Source of the DNA: Lama glama
Lineage: Eukaryota
NCBI GenBank assembly: GCA_028534125.1
Contig: CM052818.1
Location: forward strand, 25,484,001-25,548,000
Length of the DNA stretch: 64,000 bases
Reading direction: 5' to 3'
The stretch's first letter is position 1. Each line of letters starts with the position of its first letter. Position numbers and translations under genes: made by a program. Of this stretch, positions 26,363 to 39,237 are shown one piece after another. Below the pieces are notes generated by a model. It saw only the letters and a list, made by a program, of their open reading frames with translations. It was not told the origin of the DNA and did no database searches.

Positions 26363-27559
26363 CCTGGCTCTAGCCAACTTCTAAGCAGTCTTTAAAATCG
26401 AATTCAGACTTTCAACTTATCTAAGAAGACTTCCCTGACCACCATCACCTCAGGAGGGTTTAATACCCAGCCTTGTGCTTCCAGAGTTTACTATGATTCT
26501 GTGTTTATGTGTGTCCTTCCTGGGCTAAGCCAGTGGTCCTGAGGGCAGAGACTGGATGCCACTTATTTCTGAACTCTCAGCACTTAGCACAAAGCCTTCT
26601 TCAAGGCAGGTGCTCAGTGTTTGTTGAAAAATGAATGAAAGAAAGGAGTTCTCACTCACTTGGAAATGGGAACAGGTGGAATACAGGGCCCGCATTCCTG
26701 TGGGGAAAACCCCTTTCTCACCTAGGCAAAGGATTCTACAGTGCTGGCTGCAAGTGTTCCTTAGTACAGGTAAAGGCAGTCCGGGACTGTCATTTTCAAG
26801 TTGTATAAATCAATACAGAGCTGCCCTGTAAACCCTAACCACCAACTCCAGAATGATAAACAGGAAGGATGGGGGCAAAGGTCAAAGCCACCCTGTTACT
26901 CTCTGCTTAATCAGAAATTGCCTTTGCTCCAATTACTTACAGAGAAATTACGTATTCGCTCAGGAACTATTAGTCTTTTGTGGATATGCATTTAAACACC
27001 TCTTTAAATACCCCAAGGCTTTTAGACACCAAGGTTAGACATCAAAACACAAAACATCCACATAGAGGCCAAAGAAGGTGTTTGTGAGTCAACACTTCCT
27101 TCACTATTTTGTGTTGTCTTTGTCCCACTGGGGCCTGCAAAGTGATGTGACACCCTTTTCCAGGCAAAAGGAAAGCCAGCGGAAATGAATTTAGCTTTGC
27201 AGCTAACTTTGCAGGGAGTCCTTAGTGAGACAGGGCAACTTGCCCCTCCCTAGCTGCAAACAAGGGGGGTGTAGGTCAGGGAGTCGGGTAGGCTGGCACA
27301 CAGGGTTCACTATTTTAAACAGGTAAACAAGGGATGCGCCTAACAGGCAAAGGAAGAAACGGACAGATCGGGGACAAGTGAAGTGCAACGGGGAGGTGCC
27401 ACAGCTTAAGCAGGCAGGCAGAAAACACCTCTAACTTTTTAATGGGGACAGGGGTGATGTTATGCAGGTCTAAGAGGAACCCAGGTCTTTTTGACGTCAT
27501 ATGTATGTATATATGTATACAGGTATGGTGTGCTCTTGTGTGCTGGTACTGCAGAATGG

Positions 27560-28786
27560 GCGCTAATACCCGCCTCCCTGGGCCACTGAGGAACAAGCCT
27601 TGAACCCGGGCTCTCCCTGAGCATCCTGGTCCAGCCAGGCCTCCGCTCCCACACCTCACCAGCCTGCTTCCCTTCCACGCTAGGTGAGGCCAGGTTGCAC
27701 CCTGGAAATCTAGGCCCGGGAACGCCAGATTGGTGCGTTTGGGTTCGGTTTTACTTTACCCGCCTTACTTCCAAATAGGTCTGCTTTTCGCTTTGGGACC
27801 TCTGTTGGGGAAAGAAGGTCCTGGGCGCGCCGCGAGCGGCGGCTGCAGCGGCGGCGGCGGGGCCGTGCGGCTGCGCGGCGCGCTCGGCCTTGAGCGGCGC
27901 GCGGCCGCCGCTGCTGCTGCGCGTGCTGTAGAGGCGCGGGGCCACGCCCTCGGGCGGCGGCGCGCGCGGGAATTCCTTGAGCGAGCGGCTCAGCGGCTTG
28001 GCCTTGCCGTGCGCCTGCGCCTGCGCCTGCGCCGCCGCCTCCAGCTTGTAGGCGCCGCTGCTGCCGGCCGGCGACGTGGCGCTCTTGGGTAGCGGCTGCA
28101 GCGGGTGCTCAGGCCGCTCGGCCTCCATGGCGAAGCTGACGGGCCGCAGGAAGCAGATGTCCAGGCTGGACTCGGAAGAGGCGGGCGAGCAGTTCTCGAA
28201 GAGGGCCGGGGCCTGGAAGGGCTCCTCGTCGTAGGGCGCGGGCAGCGCGAAGATCTCGCCGCCATATTCGAACTCCTCGTAGGCAGCGGGCACGTAGCCG
28301 CGGGCGTCGGGCAGGAGCTCGGCCGGGGCGCGCAGGGAGCGCTCCACGTTGCCCAGCGGCTCGGCCGGCGAGGGCTCGAAGTCCATCTCCGGGATGGCCT
28401 GCAGGGGCCCGGCGAGCGCCTTCACGTCCTGCTCGGCGGCACAGAACTGCGCCGGCGCCAGGAGGCTCTCGGGCCTCTCGTGCTTTCTGCCCTCCATCTC
28501 CCAGTCACTGGGCTTTCCGGGCTGCATGCTCTCCATCAAGCTTTGCTGCTGTTGGCTTTTCTTCACTGGGGGCATCAAATGCCTTTAAAGGGGAAACAGA
28601 ACGCAAAAGGTGTGCTCACGGTTTGTTGGTGCAGGCCTCTCACCGAGCAGCGGGGCTGAGAGCAACACGCTTCCTGCTAGATACAGTTTAGGGGCAAATT
28701 GCCAGCTCCTCTCCTCTCCGTCCCCCGCCGCCCCCAACCCAGGCACCTACAAGTTACCCACCAAGCGCCACTGGCTTCTGCGATTA
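27560..28786. promoter_or_regulatory. Intragenic CpG island over the large ARHGEF33 exon (boundaries approximate)
   Basis: Very high GC and CpG density against the AT-rich background; runs into the assembly gap. Confidence 0.85.
27760..28582 (-). CDS. ARHGEF33: ARHGEF33 large GC-rich coding exon, (T)HLMPPVKKSQQQQ...SEKQTYLEVRR
   Basis: Acceptor tttcccctttaaag, donor gtaaag, phase 2-0, 823 nt; lies within the 275-aa ORF. Confidence 0.96.
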
Positions 28787-29286
28787 NNNNNNNNNNNNNN
28801 NNNNNNNNNNNNNNNNNNNNNNNNNNNNNNNNNNNNNNNNNNNNNNNNNNNNNNNNNNNNNNNNNNNNNNNNNNNNNNNNNNNNNNNNNNNNNNNNNNNN
28901 NNNNNNNNNNNNNNNNNNNNNNNNNNNNNNNNNNNNNNNNNNNNNNNNNNNNNNNNNNNNNNNNNNNNNNNNNNNNNNNNNNNNNNNNNNNNNNNNNNNN
29001 NNNNNNNNNNNNNNNNNNNNNNNNNNNNNNNNNNNNNNNNNNNNNNNNNNNNNNNNNNNNNNNNNNNNNNNNNNNNNNNNNNNNNNNNNNNNNNNNNNNN
29101 NNNNNNNNNNNNNNNNNNNNNNNNNNNNNNNNNNNNNNNNNNNNNNNNNNNNNNNNNNNNNNNNNNNNNNNNNNNNNNNNNNNNNNNNNNNNNNNNNNNN
29201 NNNNNNNNNNNNNNNNNNNNNNNNNNNNNNNNNNNNNNNNNNNNNNNNNNNNNNNNNNNNNNNNNNNNNNNNNNNNNNNNNNNNNN
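28787..29286. other. Assembly gap (500 N)
   Basis: Run of N, read directly. Confidence 1.
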
Positions 29287-31160
29287 ATTGGCAGATGAAG
29301 GAAGTGGGGTACAATCTTGATGACTGTTGAATGTGGATGATGGTACGTGAGATTCACTGTACATTTTACTTTTGTGGATGTTTGAGATTTTCATAATAAA
29401 AAACAAATGACTTGTGGCCATAGAGCATGCTGTATCGGTCATCTCAAACTTCCACCCACAAAAGCATTACTAAAGTGAAAGACTGTCACTCTGAATATAC
29501 CCAACTTCATGGAGGGTTTTTTGTTTAATCATAGATAAAGAATAATTTATATAGCATACCCATTAGATTGGATGTGATTTGCCAGTTCTACTGGAATTTA
29601 ATTGCCAGACAGATGTGAGTAGACTACTAGATACTGACCCAAACTGGTTATTGTGCTACGTTATTCATACTTGATTCTGCCACAAAAATGCATAAGGAAT
29701 GAAGATGTAAACGCTAACCTCTGGTGGTCCCAGGATGAAAATTAGGTCTCACGTTTACAGAGGTAAAAAGCAATATTGACTTGAATTCTCTCAACTTGTA
29801 CGATTGTTATTGGGTTTTTTCCTGGCTGTTTCCCCAAGACAGAGTGCAACAGCCTGGGAAAGCCTTGTTCAGCCTGGATATAATCTCTCGGGATTCATTT
29901 TTTGGCTGTATTTGTCTCACTTCAAAGAAGATAGTTTTATCATTGTCTTAACTGCTAAAGTGATCCCACAAAGTAAAATTCTGCTTCCTGGAAATGTATT
30001 TTTTCTGTGTGAAGTTCTCTCCCTACGGGAATTCTACGATTTTTTCTATAGGAAGAAAATCATCCTGGGCTCTCTTTATAGGAAGATTAATGTCTCATGG
30101 GTTTTCAGAATGATTATGAAATTTTTCCCTCCTGCCTCTACACATTTGCACTTCCATCCCTCGCTCTAAATGTTCTGTTTTAAGAGATGAAGGCAGAAAG
30201 GAAACAGGATTTATTTTGTATTATTGATTAGTTGTTCCTTCCAGTGATTGTAATTGGTATTCTAAAAACTAGTGATTAAAAATTGAAATAATCTCAATTG
30301 CCTACCTCCCACTTCATTGTAGTTTTAGAAAAGAAACGTAGCTTCTTGCGTGATTTTTCAATTTTCCTTAAGATAAGAAAAACCAAAGTAGAAACTGGTC
30401 TGAAGAATTCGTTTTTTGAGAATTGTCTGTATTTGGTAAAGTAGGGATCTGGAATTTCGAGATTTGATTTCCCCTATTCTTACAGAATTCCTGGTTTCAA
30501 AGGCAGCCAAGTTGACTTACCCTTCAGAGGTAAAATAAGTTCCACATATGTAAATGGCCTGATCTTTATCCTAAAGATCAAGAAGTTTGCTGAATAAGAA
30601 TCGAGCTTAGTGTGCAAGAGAGTTGTGTGCAGAAACTTTAAAAGACTGTCAAATCCAGTCACTGCCCAAAAGAGTTTTTGGAGAAGCTATCATAAGCGAA
30701 GAACAGAGCTCATGAAGTCGCTTTCTGAAGAAGCTTCAAGGAGAATTGGGAAGGACTAAACAACATCCTGTCTGTATCACCTCAGACCTATTATTTCTCA
30801 TCCTCAGAGCTCAGGCTTCCTCTGACCCCCAACCAGGATTCCATTTTTCTCCACTAAATCTTTTGGAGACCTTAAGTGTGTTCCCACCCTTCTGATGGGC
30901 TGCAAGATGCCTTCCTGTAGTTTTATGGCACTCTCTTCTATTCCAGTACCAGCCTCTAGGCCTGCTGCCTGACTTTAGTACCTTCCTCTGGGATCCAAGC
31001 ATGGGGTCAGCTTCTTGTCTGGCACATACAGTCTGATGGGGCTGGAGGGAGGAGAGTCCTGTAGATTATACTCCTAATGCAGGCTGGTGTGCTACCCCAC
31101 ACAGACTGCCTGGGACCTGAGGGCATTGCCATTAACCTTCACACAGCAACAGGTACTTAC

Positions 31161-31325
31161 GTGACAGAAGGGCCAGAACTGGGAGCAGAAGGGTAGGGTT
31201 GCAGCATCTCTTCTGAGTGGATCCCGCTGTCACGGACAGCCTCAGGCCCTGCAGTGGGAGAAGCATCTTGCCCGGCATTTGCACACTGGGAAGCCAGCCC
31301 TTTGTACAGCTTCGCCATGGATGAC
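31161..31325 (-). CDS. ARHGEF33: ARHGEF33 coding exon, (K)SSMAKLYKGLASQCANAGQDASPTAGPEAVRDSGIHSEEMLQPYPSAPSSGPSV(T)
   Basis: Acceptor cctgttag, donor gtaagt, phase 2-2, 165 nt open. Confidence 0.95.
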
Positions 31326-32328
31326 CTAACAGGAATGGAGGTAATAGTTCTCAGGGTGTACAGTGGGAAATTGGCTCTCTGAACACATAGATTATACCAA
31401 GAGATAGTGTTTCTCAGATGAAGCTCAGCTGTAAAGTTCTCTCTCCAGGGCTCTCTACAAACCAGGTTGCTTACATAATAGGGTACAAGCTAAAGGCTGG
31501 GTATGAGTAGGAATGCTGATTCATTAGCTGAATTGAGTGTGGGTATAAGGGGGATACGGTGAGATGTCGTCCTTTAGAGGAGCCCTGACTTGGGAGATAG
31601 CATCTTTTTCTGGGGTAAAGCACCCACAGAAGTGATTCTGCTTTCCTCGTTGAGTTGGGATGAGGTTGAAGGAAATCCAGGTCATTAGGAAGCTTTGCTA
31701 AGGGTTGCTTCTGTTCCCTGTGAAGCCCAGATTCTCCCTAATCAGCCCTTCCTGTTTCTTCTTAGTGTGAAATCCATTCAACCACCACCCCTCCCTTATT
31801 TGTTTTATTTCTATCTATGGCACTCATCACAATTTAATTTACTTACTAACTGGCCTAAATAGTCAGCTCCAGGTGGCAAAGATTTTTGTCTGTTTTGTTC
31901 TTTGTAGTATATTCAGTTTATAGAACAGTGCCTGATACACAATAGGTGCTCAATAAACATTTCTTGAATTAATGAAAGAAATCACATTCTGACCTTTCAA
32001 CTGCAGTTTTAAACCTGGCAAGTTTAGTGAAACAACTATTTTTGAAGTGGTTAGCAACATGCAGTAATAGAAGGTCTGTGTAGGCATTAGAGTGAAAGTA
32101 CTTATTTTTCTAAAGTAATTTCCACCAGGTAGTTAAGTACCTCCTTCCTGTAGCCAGCCTGGCCACCTCTCTTCCCTGCCCATCTCTCTTCTCTTCTACC
32201 CCATCACTGCATTTCAGCCACTTTACATACACTGTGGTTACTGGTGACAAACACTCACATTGACCATCTGCATCCCTGGCCTCAGAAACCTTTGATCAAC
32301 CCTCTAGACTGTACCATTAGAACCTTAC

Positions 32329-32477
32329 TTCTTGAGCTTTTTCCGTTTCTGAATAAGCAAATCCTCATTGCACTGAAACAGCAGGGTGTAGTGTGAGATA
32401 AATACTCGCAGGCGCTGAACACACACCAGAAGTAGGTAATAGTCAGGATGTTCCTGCTCTGTGAACTTCAGGACGTT
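32329..32477 (-). CDS. ARHGEF33: ARHGEF33 coding exon, end of DH domain, NVLKFTEQEHPDYYLLLVCVQRLRVF...RKKLK(K)
   Basis: Acceptor ttcctccacccag, donor gtaagg, phase 0-2; DH conserved-region-3-like LKFTxxxHPD. Confidence 0.96.
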
Positions 32478-34146
32478 CTGGGTGGAGGAAAAAAGGAAGC
32501 AGCAGTGCATAATTAGAATGAAAAGTTTTGTCTCTTCTGTGCCTTGCCTTGATCTGTTGTGAGAGTTTGGTAGCCATTTAATCAAAACAATCCAAATGGC
32601 CAACTTAATTACAAACTGTAAGATGGAACTTACTATTATTTTATTACTTATTATTATTGCTGTTCTCTTTGTCCATCACACCACACGAAAATAATAGTCA
32701 CTATTGCTCCTGTTTGAGTTGAATTTGAACATAATCCCATCTGAAAAATTAGAACGATCTACTAATTAGATCTCTGAGATAATGAAGCCATTGTGACAAT
32801 TACTGTCTATAAGGATTGCCTTGAAATCCAAAAGAGTCAGACCAATGGTGCAAATGTCAGGCATTTGCAAGGCTGGAAGTGAGGAGATGTTTATGATCCA
32901 ACCTGGTCTAGTATCCGCCCCCCACCCCACCAATGCCACTCCATTACATTGCCTGCTGTGCTGTAGTGGAACATGCATCCTAGTTGGATTTGGGAAGGTT
33001 TTAATAGTTATTGAGTACTTCTTTGCCAAACACTAAGCCCTTTACTTTACTTTCTCATTTAATTTTTACCACAACCCAGTTAGGTAATTATTACTACCTC
33101 CATTTAATAAATAAGGAAATAAAGGCACAGTGAAGTTAAATAGTCTTCACTGGGTCATACATCTGATGTGTAGTGGAGGCAGGATTCAAACTCAAGGCAG
33201 ACAGTAAAACCAGGGCTCTTCCTTACTTATTTAGATACTGCTTGCAAGACCTGGTTTTCAGTCTTAGATTTTTTTACCTACTAGGTGTCTTAACTTGGGC
33301 GACTTACGTAACTTCTTTGACTCTCCATTTCCTTATCTAAAAAAATGGTAATAATGATACCCATTTTATGGGATTGTTGAAAAGATTAAGTAAGATAATT
33401 ATAGTGAGAAAATGATTTTAAGATCTAAAGCCATTCGCAATTGAAAGTCTTTTTAATATTTACATAGGGCTCCTTCTGCCTGAGATAAATCTCAAGCATT
33501 TCTGAGATGCTGTCACTGAATTACTTAGGAAGAGGAGTCAGCAATTACACCAGAACAGGTGGGTGGCGGGAAGGAGAGGGATTGGCAGGGGTATTGATGA
33601 GTTTCAATTCTGCTGCCTCCAAGGTGCTACCCGCCCTGTGGGAAAATGATGTGAAGAAGTCAGCTCATCAGCTTCTCCGTGCTTCTGTGACACAGGACAC
33701 GAGCAATGTATTGTCCTGGACGCAGGCCAAAAGAAAGTAGTCAGGATAGCAGGTAAGTGGGAGGCTATATAGATATTTCTCAGATGCCCAGGGGGTAGGG
33801 TAGGGGGTGCATTTAGATGGTGGTAGGACCAAGGTGAGAGGGACTGAATTGGTACCCAGGCTCTAAGAGGAGCTGCTATAGAAAGGCCTTGGATCAGCAG
33901 AACTGTGGATTGCTGGTAAATGAAGATAAAACTTCATTTTTAGCATCATGAGCCAAAAATTTTTAGAGATTGAGATTTTAGCTCATACCACAAGGCAGAG
34001 TTGGAGTAATCATAACAATCTAAATCATTTAAAACACGTTTTAGAAATATTAATGACTCCTTGACCCTTTAGTGTCTTTCAGTTGGAAGCCAAAAGCAAC
34101 TGTTTATCATGGGGATCAGTTTAGTGGCTTACCCAGCCATGCCTAC

Positions 34147-34230
34147 CTGCAGATGTATCAGATATTCAGGGATGCGCTGCACTATGTGAAAAAACAGTGT
34201 GTAGATGTCAGACTTAATCTCTTCATCACC
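34147..34230 (-). CDS. ARHGEF33: ARHGEF33 coding exon, DH domain, GDEEIKSDIYTLFFHIVQRIPEYLIHLQ
   Basis: Acceptor ctctcattag, donor gtaggc, phase 0-0; QRIPEY DH motif. Confidence 0.96.
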
Positions 34231-34688
34231 CTAATGAGAGAAAGTTGGAGTCAGTCTTCAGTGTCCCTCCACCTCTGGTTGCAGAGCCCCAGAGTCAAGT
34301 CCACCAGGGTAAGAAGGGTTTACTCCCAGAGCATTTTCTTCCTCTAGGGCATCATGAAGCATTGATCTGTCATTGGAGAGGCCACTTATTCAGGGACATG
34401 CTTAGGGAGACAACTCTTCTCCAGCAGGGAGCCTATCATATACTTCTTTTGAATCTACCAAGCTTTCCAAATACTCCCTCCTTCTTCCCACCCTCCAACA
34501 CCGTCTTAGCACACGGCACTCAACAGATTGTGTTTGAATTGACTAAATTCATTACAGTTCTTTAGCAAGTAATCTTTACAGCGGTTTACTGATACGTACT
34601 AAGGGTGGATCAGAGCCTCATGAGAATGGAGAAGGGAATATGATTAGAAATTGATCAGCTGGCCTGGCAGCAGGGAACATGTTGGACT

Positions 34689-34810
34689 CTCTCCATTTCC
34701 CTTTCCTTCCTCTCCTTCCTCTCCCCTCCCTTCTCTTCCCTTCCCTCCTTCTCTCTCCTTTCCCTCCCCTTCCCTTCCTTCCCTTCCCTCCCTTTCTCTT
34801 TTCCTTTCTC
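34689..34810. repeat. Polypyrimidine/polypurine low-complexity tract (CCTT/CCCT-rich)
   Basis: About 120 nt of almost pure C/T on +. Confidence 0.9.
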
Positions 34811-35276
34811 AAATACTTGCTGAGTGCCAACATGCAGTAGGCATACTGCATTGGGAGTAGTAGGGGGTTGAAGTAGAAAATTAATAGAGCCTCTCACCTC
34901 TTGTGAAGCTGGATTAATGCTTAGCTTTAAAGCTTCTGATATAGGTCTTCTCTATTTACCTAAGGTAACTATTTATTTATATACATGTTTATTTAGCACC
35001 TAACATATCACTGCAGCAATACACCTGTTTACTCTGTCCGTACTTCAGTGGAATGGAACAGAGGGTCAGGAAGGCAGGGCAAAGACCAAAGCAGTGGTAC
35101 TGACCCTTGAGTGGGCTCCTTTAACCCCAAGGAGGAATGTCAAGGGCTCTGTTCAGGTCATTCCCCAGCCTGGAGAACAAGCTCCGAGTGCATGTGCTGT
35201 ATCTCCTGGGTGGATGAGCAACGTCATGAAGTTACACGTGTAACCAAAGGGCAGTGCCCGAGTAGAGCTAACTTAC

Positions 35277-35360
35277 CTCCTTCAGAACAACCACGTGAAC
35301 CAAAGAGATGCATTCAGGCAGGTCCCTCAGGTAAGCAACATAATAATCCAAAAAGTTATT
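35277..35360 (-). CDS. ARHGEF33: ARHGEF33 coding exon, DH domain, NNFLDYYVAYLRDLPECISLVHVVVLKE
   Basis: Acceptor tgttttcaag, donor gtaagt, phase 0-0, 84 nt. Confidence 0.96.
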
Positions 35361-36836
35361 CTTGAAAACAAACATAAAAATGCATGGTGAGAACCTGGAA
35401 ACAGGAATGATAATAACTAATATGTTTATAGTCATGTGTATCAAAAAGGAGCACTTTGCAGAGATTATTATAATCATTCATTTAATGTATTTATTAATAT
35501 CTTTTTGGTTTTTTATTCACCTTTAAAAAAATCTTTTTGAGTTTTAAGGAAAATATCCCTATAGACTTAGGAACCAAAATTCAATAGCCCTGCTTTAATG
35601 AGAGAACGTGAAATGGTAAACCAAGGCATGGGAGGAGGGGCCATGTTGAAAAAGTACATTTAAATTGTTAAATGATAAAAATGCATATTTCGGTTTTTAA
35701 TTATTTTTCATTTCAATCATCTACATCCAAATGAGAGCTTTGTCCAACCCACCTCATGGTGTCTAGACCAGTGGTTCTCAACTTTTTCCAGTAATTGCAT
35801 ATTCACCTATGGAATAGCCCCTCAGGAAAACATTCTCACCTTCCAAAGTTATATTCCCATAGGTATAACAATTCTCAGCTCAAGAAAGCATACTGAATAC
35901 AAATGAGTAAAAGCAGCATTAGAGGGTTAGCATTACATACAAGTAAATAATCTGTAAAGTTTGTATGATTAATTACAGTTGAGAATCATTGATATACAGA
36001 GGTTAACTGCAAGCAAAATCTGGCTTGCAAGATAAATTTTAATTAGCCCACACAATATTTTTAAAATAAGAAAATTTCACACAAAATTCTGGATTTCCCT
36101 CTTCTCTTAAAAATATCAGAAGATCTAGCATCTCCAGTCTTTTCCCCTACATAATAATTGGATAAAGTTGGGTAGTTTTTCCTTGTAGAAGAACACTTAA
36201 GCTCACTCCCCAGCAGTCCACCTCTCATGACAGTCAGCTCACTTCCACTTGTGAATGCCCCTGGCATTTGAATTTGCAGCTTGTGGCGTGGATCATATTT
36301 TCTTTGAAGAACATTATAGAGATTTCAAAACTTAGCATCCTTTCTCCAGGGAAGTGAAAACAACAACAACAAAAAACATTCCAGACAAATAGCTGCCCAT
36401 CACATTTTTAAAAATCTCTAAAAAATGAAATTGTGTGTGAAAGTATATACATATATACAAATCCTCATATATTTATTTTATATGGATATATATGTGTGTA
36501 TCCATATTTACACACACATACAAATATACACACATTCCGTGGAGGACAATTACAGTACTGTGGAAAGTGATGAAGTGGAAGTTAAAAGTTAAAACTTGGG
36601 TTCTAAGTCACAGATCTCCAAATATCCAAATAGCTGGGTGATTTCAGCAAAGTCTTTTAATCTCTCTCAACATCATTTCATTATCTCTAGAATGAGGAGG
36701 TTAGACTAGATTGCAGGAGTTCCTCTGCCTCTGAAATTCACCCATTCTAGATTCTCCTTTAAAGGAAACAGACAAAGGAGACACAAATGCATCTAATTCA
36801 AGTTTATAAAGGATTGAAAAAAAAACTCACACTTAC

Positions 36837-36969
36837 CTCATCATTTGTTAACTTGAGGAATAAATCTCCAAGGACTCCTTGGCGTGGCCACTTCAAGACC
36901 CTTTCCTGCAGAGCATGAAGCAAATCCAGGTGCTGCTGGACAATGTACCGTAAAGAGCCAGGAAAGAGG
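36837..36969 (-). CDS. ARHGEF33: ARHGEF33 coding exon, DH domain, (S)LFPGSLRYIVQQHLDLLHALQERVLKWPRQGVLGDLFLKLTNDE
   Basis: Acceptor ctcttctgtttcaag, donor gtaagt, phase 2-0, 133 nt. Confidence 0.96.
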
Positions 36970-39237
36970 CTTGAAACAGAAGAGAGATGGGATCACACAG
37001 ACCAGGTGCAGAGAAGGAAAGGCTCCACAAGAACGCATGGAGCAGGTCCCGTCTCCCCAGCACTCAGAATACTGAGTCACAGGTCGGCACTTAGGATTCA
37101 GAAACACAGTTGGCCGTTGTCGGCCTCACAGCAGCTACCCTCAGACTCTAAAGGGACCCCTTGACTGTGGCTCCTATACCAGTGTTTATTCAACTAGTGA
37201 AGAGCACATCACTTGAACAGCCTTTTTAAAGTATATGTATTTATGTGACAGTGGACACTTTAAGGGAAATCTTTTTCAGTGTTTTAAAGTGATTCCCACT
37301 TGATATGCAAATCGTCTATTCTAATTAATGTTGCCCATGACCGCACTGGAGTGGCACTTGGTCATCCTTAGCTACTGGGTAGGAGACTGTACTTAAATAA
37401 GTAGGAAATTTTGTTTAAAGCTGACAACTGCAAGCTCAAGGGAGGAGGACATAAAAGTATTTCTTTTTCCCTGTCCTTCAGATTCTGGGAGGAATCTGGA
37501 AAAGGATGGAGTCTTGCCAGGGGAGGCTACGACAGGTCCTACCCTGCTACTCCCAGGAGTTTCACTGAGCCCCCTTCTTGCTCTGACTTGCCTCTTCCCC
37601 CATCTCAGTGTGTCTTGTTTTTTTCAGAGGAAATGAAGGGAAGAGGGGATGGGGTGGAGACAGAAAGAGAATCACAGGAGGAAGGAGAAGGGGGATCGGA
37701 TGGAGAAGGCGGTGATCAGAAGCCTACGAGAGTGAGGAAGGAAGAAATAGAAGGAATGGAGTCGTGCTGGTCTGCAGCAAGGATTTCAGCCCTAACTTGG
37801 TAACTTAAGTCTTCCTGTGCTTTCAAGATCCCAGGTTAACAAAGATGAAAGTGATGGCCTCCTTGTCCCTGAGAGCAGAACTTATTTGGATATTTCCCCA
37901 GGGTCTACCAAGCGTAAATTAGTGGACAGTTGGGGTGCTTTGCCAACCCCAAACAAGCAGACTTTTATTGAGAACAGGAGGAAGGATGCCAATTTGAGAG
38001 GTGTTTTCAACCCATCTTCAAGCAAAGTAAAGACGCCCCTGTAGCTGTAGCTTAGAGAAGATACACAAACGCCCCCAGCCTTCCATGAAAAGATACAAGG
38101 TTTCCTTCCACTCCTGTCTTACCCCCTCCACCCCCTGTGTGGTGAGTCTCCACCTGAGATGCTGATCTGTAGCCACAGGAGGAGGGGCCACTGGATCTGA
38201 CCTCTTACGCTGGTGCAGTGGGCTTGGAAGATCTAAGTAAGCCCCGTCCAGATCAAGGGGAACTTGGAGGGGTGGCTAGGAGACAGTCTGACTGGGAGAC
38301 CATAAAGCTGGGGGAGGAAGGCACAATGAATCCGACTGAAAAAGTGAAACACTGCACCAGCAAAAGGTCTAGATGTGAACAATTTCTCCCCACCCAGAGG
38401 CTAACAGTGACTCTGGGTGATGTTCCTGGTGTGACCCGGAGAGATGTTAGGGCATCTGACGTGGAGAGACCTGACTCTTTGATGGGTTGTCAGTACAGGT
38501 AATGTCTTTGGTTATCTCTTTTCTTTTTCTCCCCTTCCTTCCTGTCCTTTCTTCTTTCCTTTCCTTTTCTTTCAGGAAAGCTGCCTTCAACCTGCAGAGT
38601 TGGACAGCTGGTATCGCAGTTGGAGCCCACATGGCTCCTGGACTGTCCGTTGGGGTAACAGCATGATGTTTCAAGACAGGGTCAGAAAAGTCTAATGCTC
38701 CCATCAGGCACTGTGGAAGCACGTTACCCGAAGAGCAGTCATTTATGGTGGGTTCTGAACCAAATATTGAAAACAGGCTTAAGATTTTTTAAAAATTTAA
38801 TAAGGATAATAATTGAAATCGTGGAAGAGTGTGGAGGAGGTGAGCCAGGAAGTGGAGGACAGAATGAGAAAGAGGCAAGAAGCTTGGACACACTTAATCT
38901 GTTTCACTATTTTGCCTGAAGCCAGACCTGACTTTCAGAAGCAACTTTTTCAGTAAGACAAAAGGATTAAGAGCTTGATTTATTTTCTATTCCTTACCTT
39001 GGGTGAAATTATGGCAGCATGAGTAGTTCATTCTTTCTAAAGCTTCTAAGGTTATTTTAACTCCCACAATACAGTACTTAAGCAAGGAGGGATACAAACT
39101 GAAAGCAATCAAGGAAAATCCAGTTATAGCTTAAAGTTTGTAACTTTGTTTTTGGCAGTCCAGTATTAGGGCCAAATTAACAACCAAGCTTCAGCTGTAA
39201 GATGTAACCAAATTTGAGGCATTGATAATTAAAACAC

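Noticed and set aside
27730..28659. Plus-strand and alternate-frame ORFs (79-184 aa) over the large ARHGEF33 exon
   Set aside because: Expected shadow ORFs in very GC-rich coding sequence; no recognisable domain.
28610..29442. Long ORFs of 176-236 aa on both strands
   Set aside because: Artefacts of translating through the 500-N gap.
35231..35244. 14-nt palindrome GTTACACGTGTAAC near a donor site
   Set aside because: A palindrome of this length is expected by chance in 64 kb.
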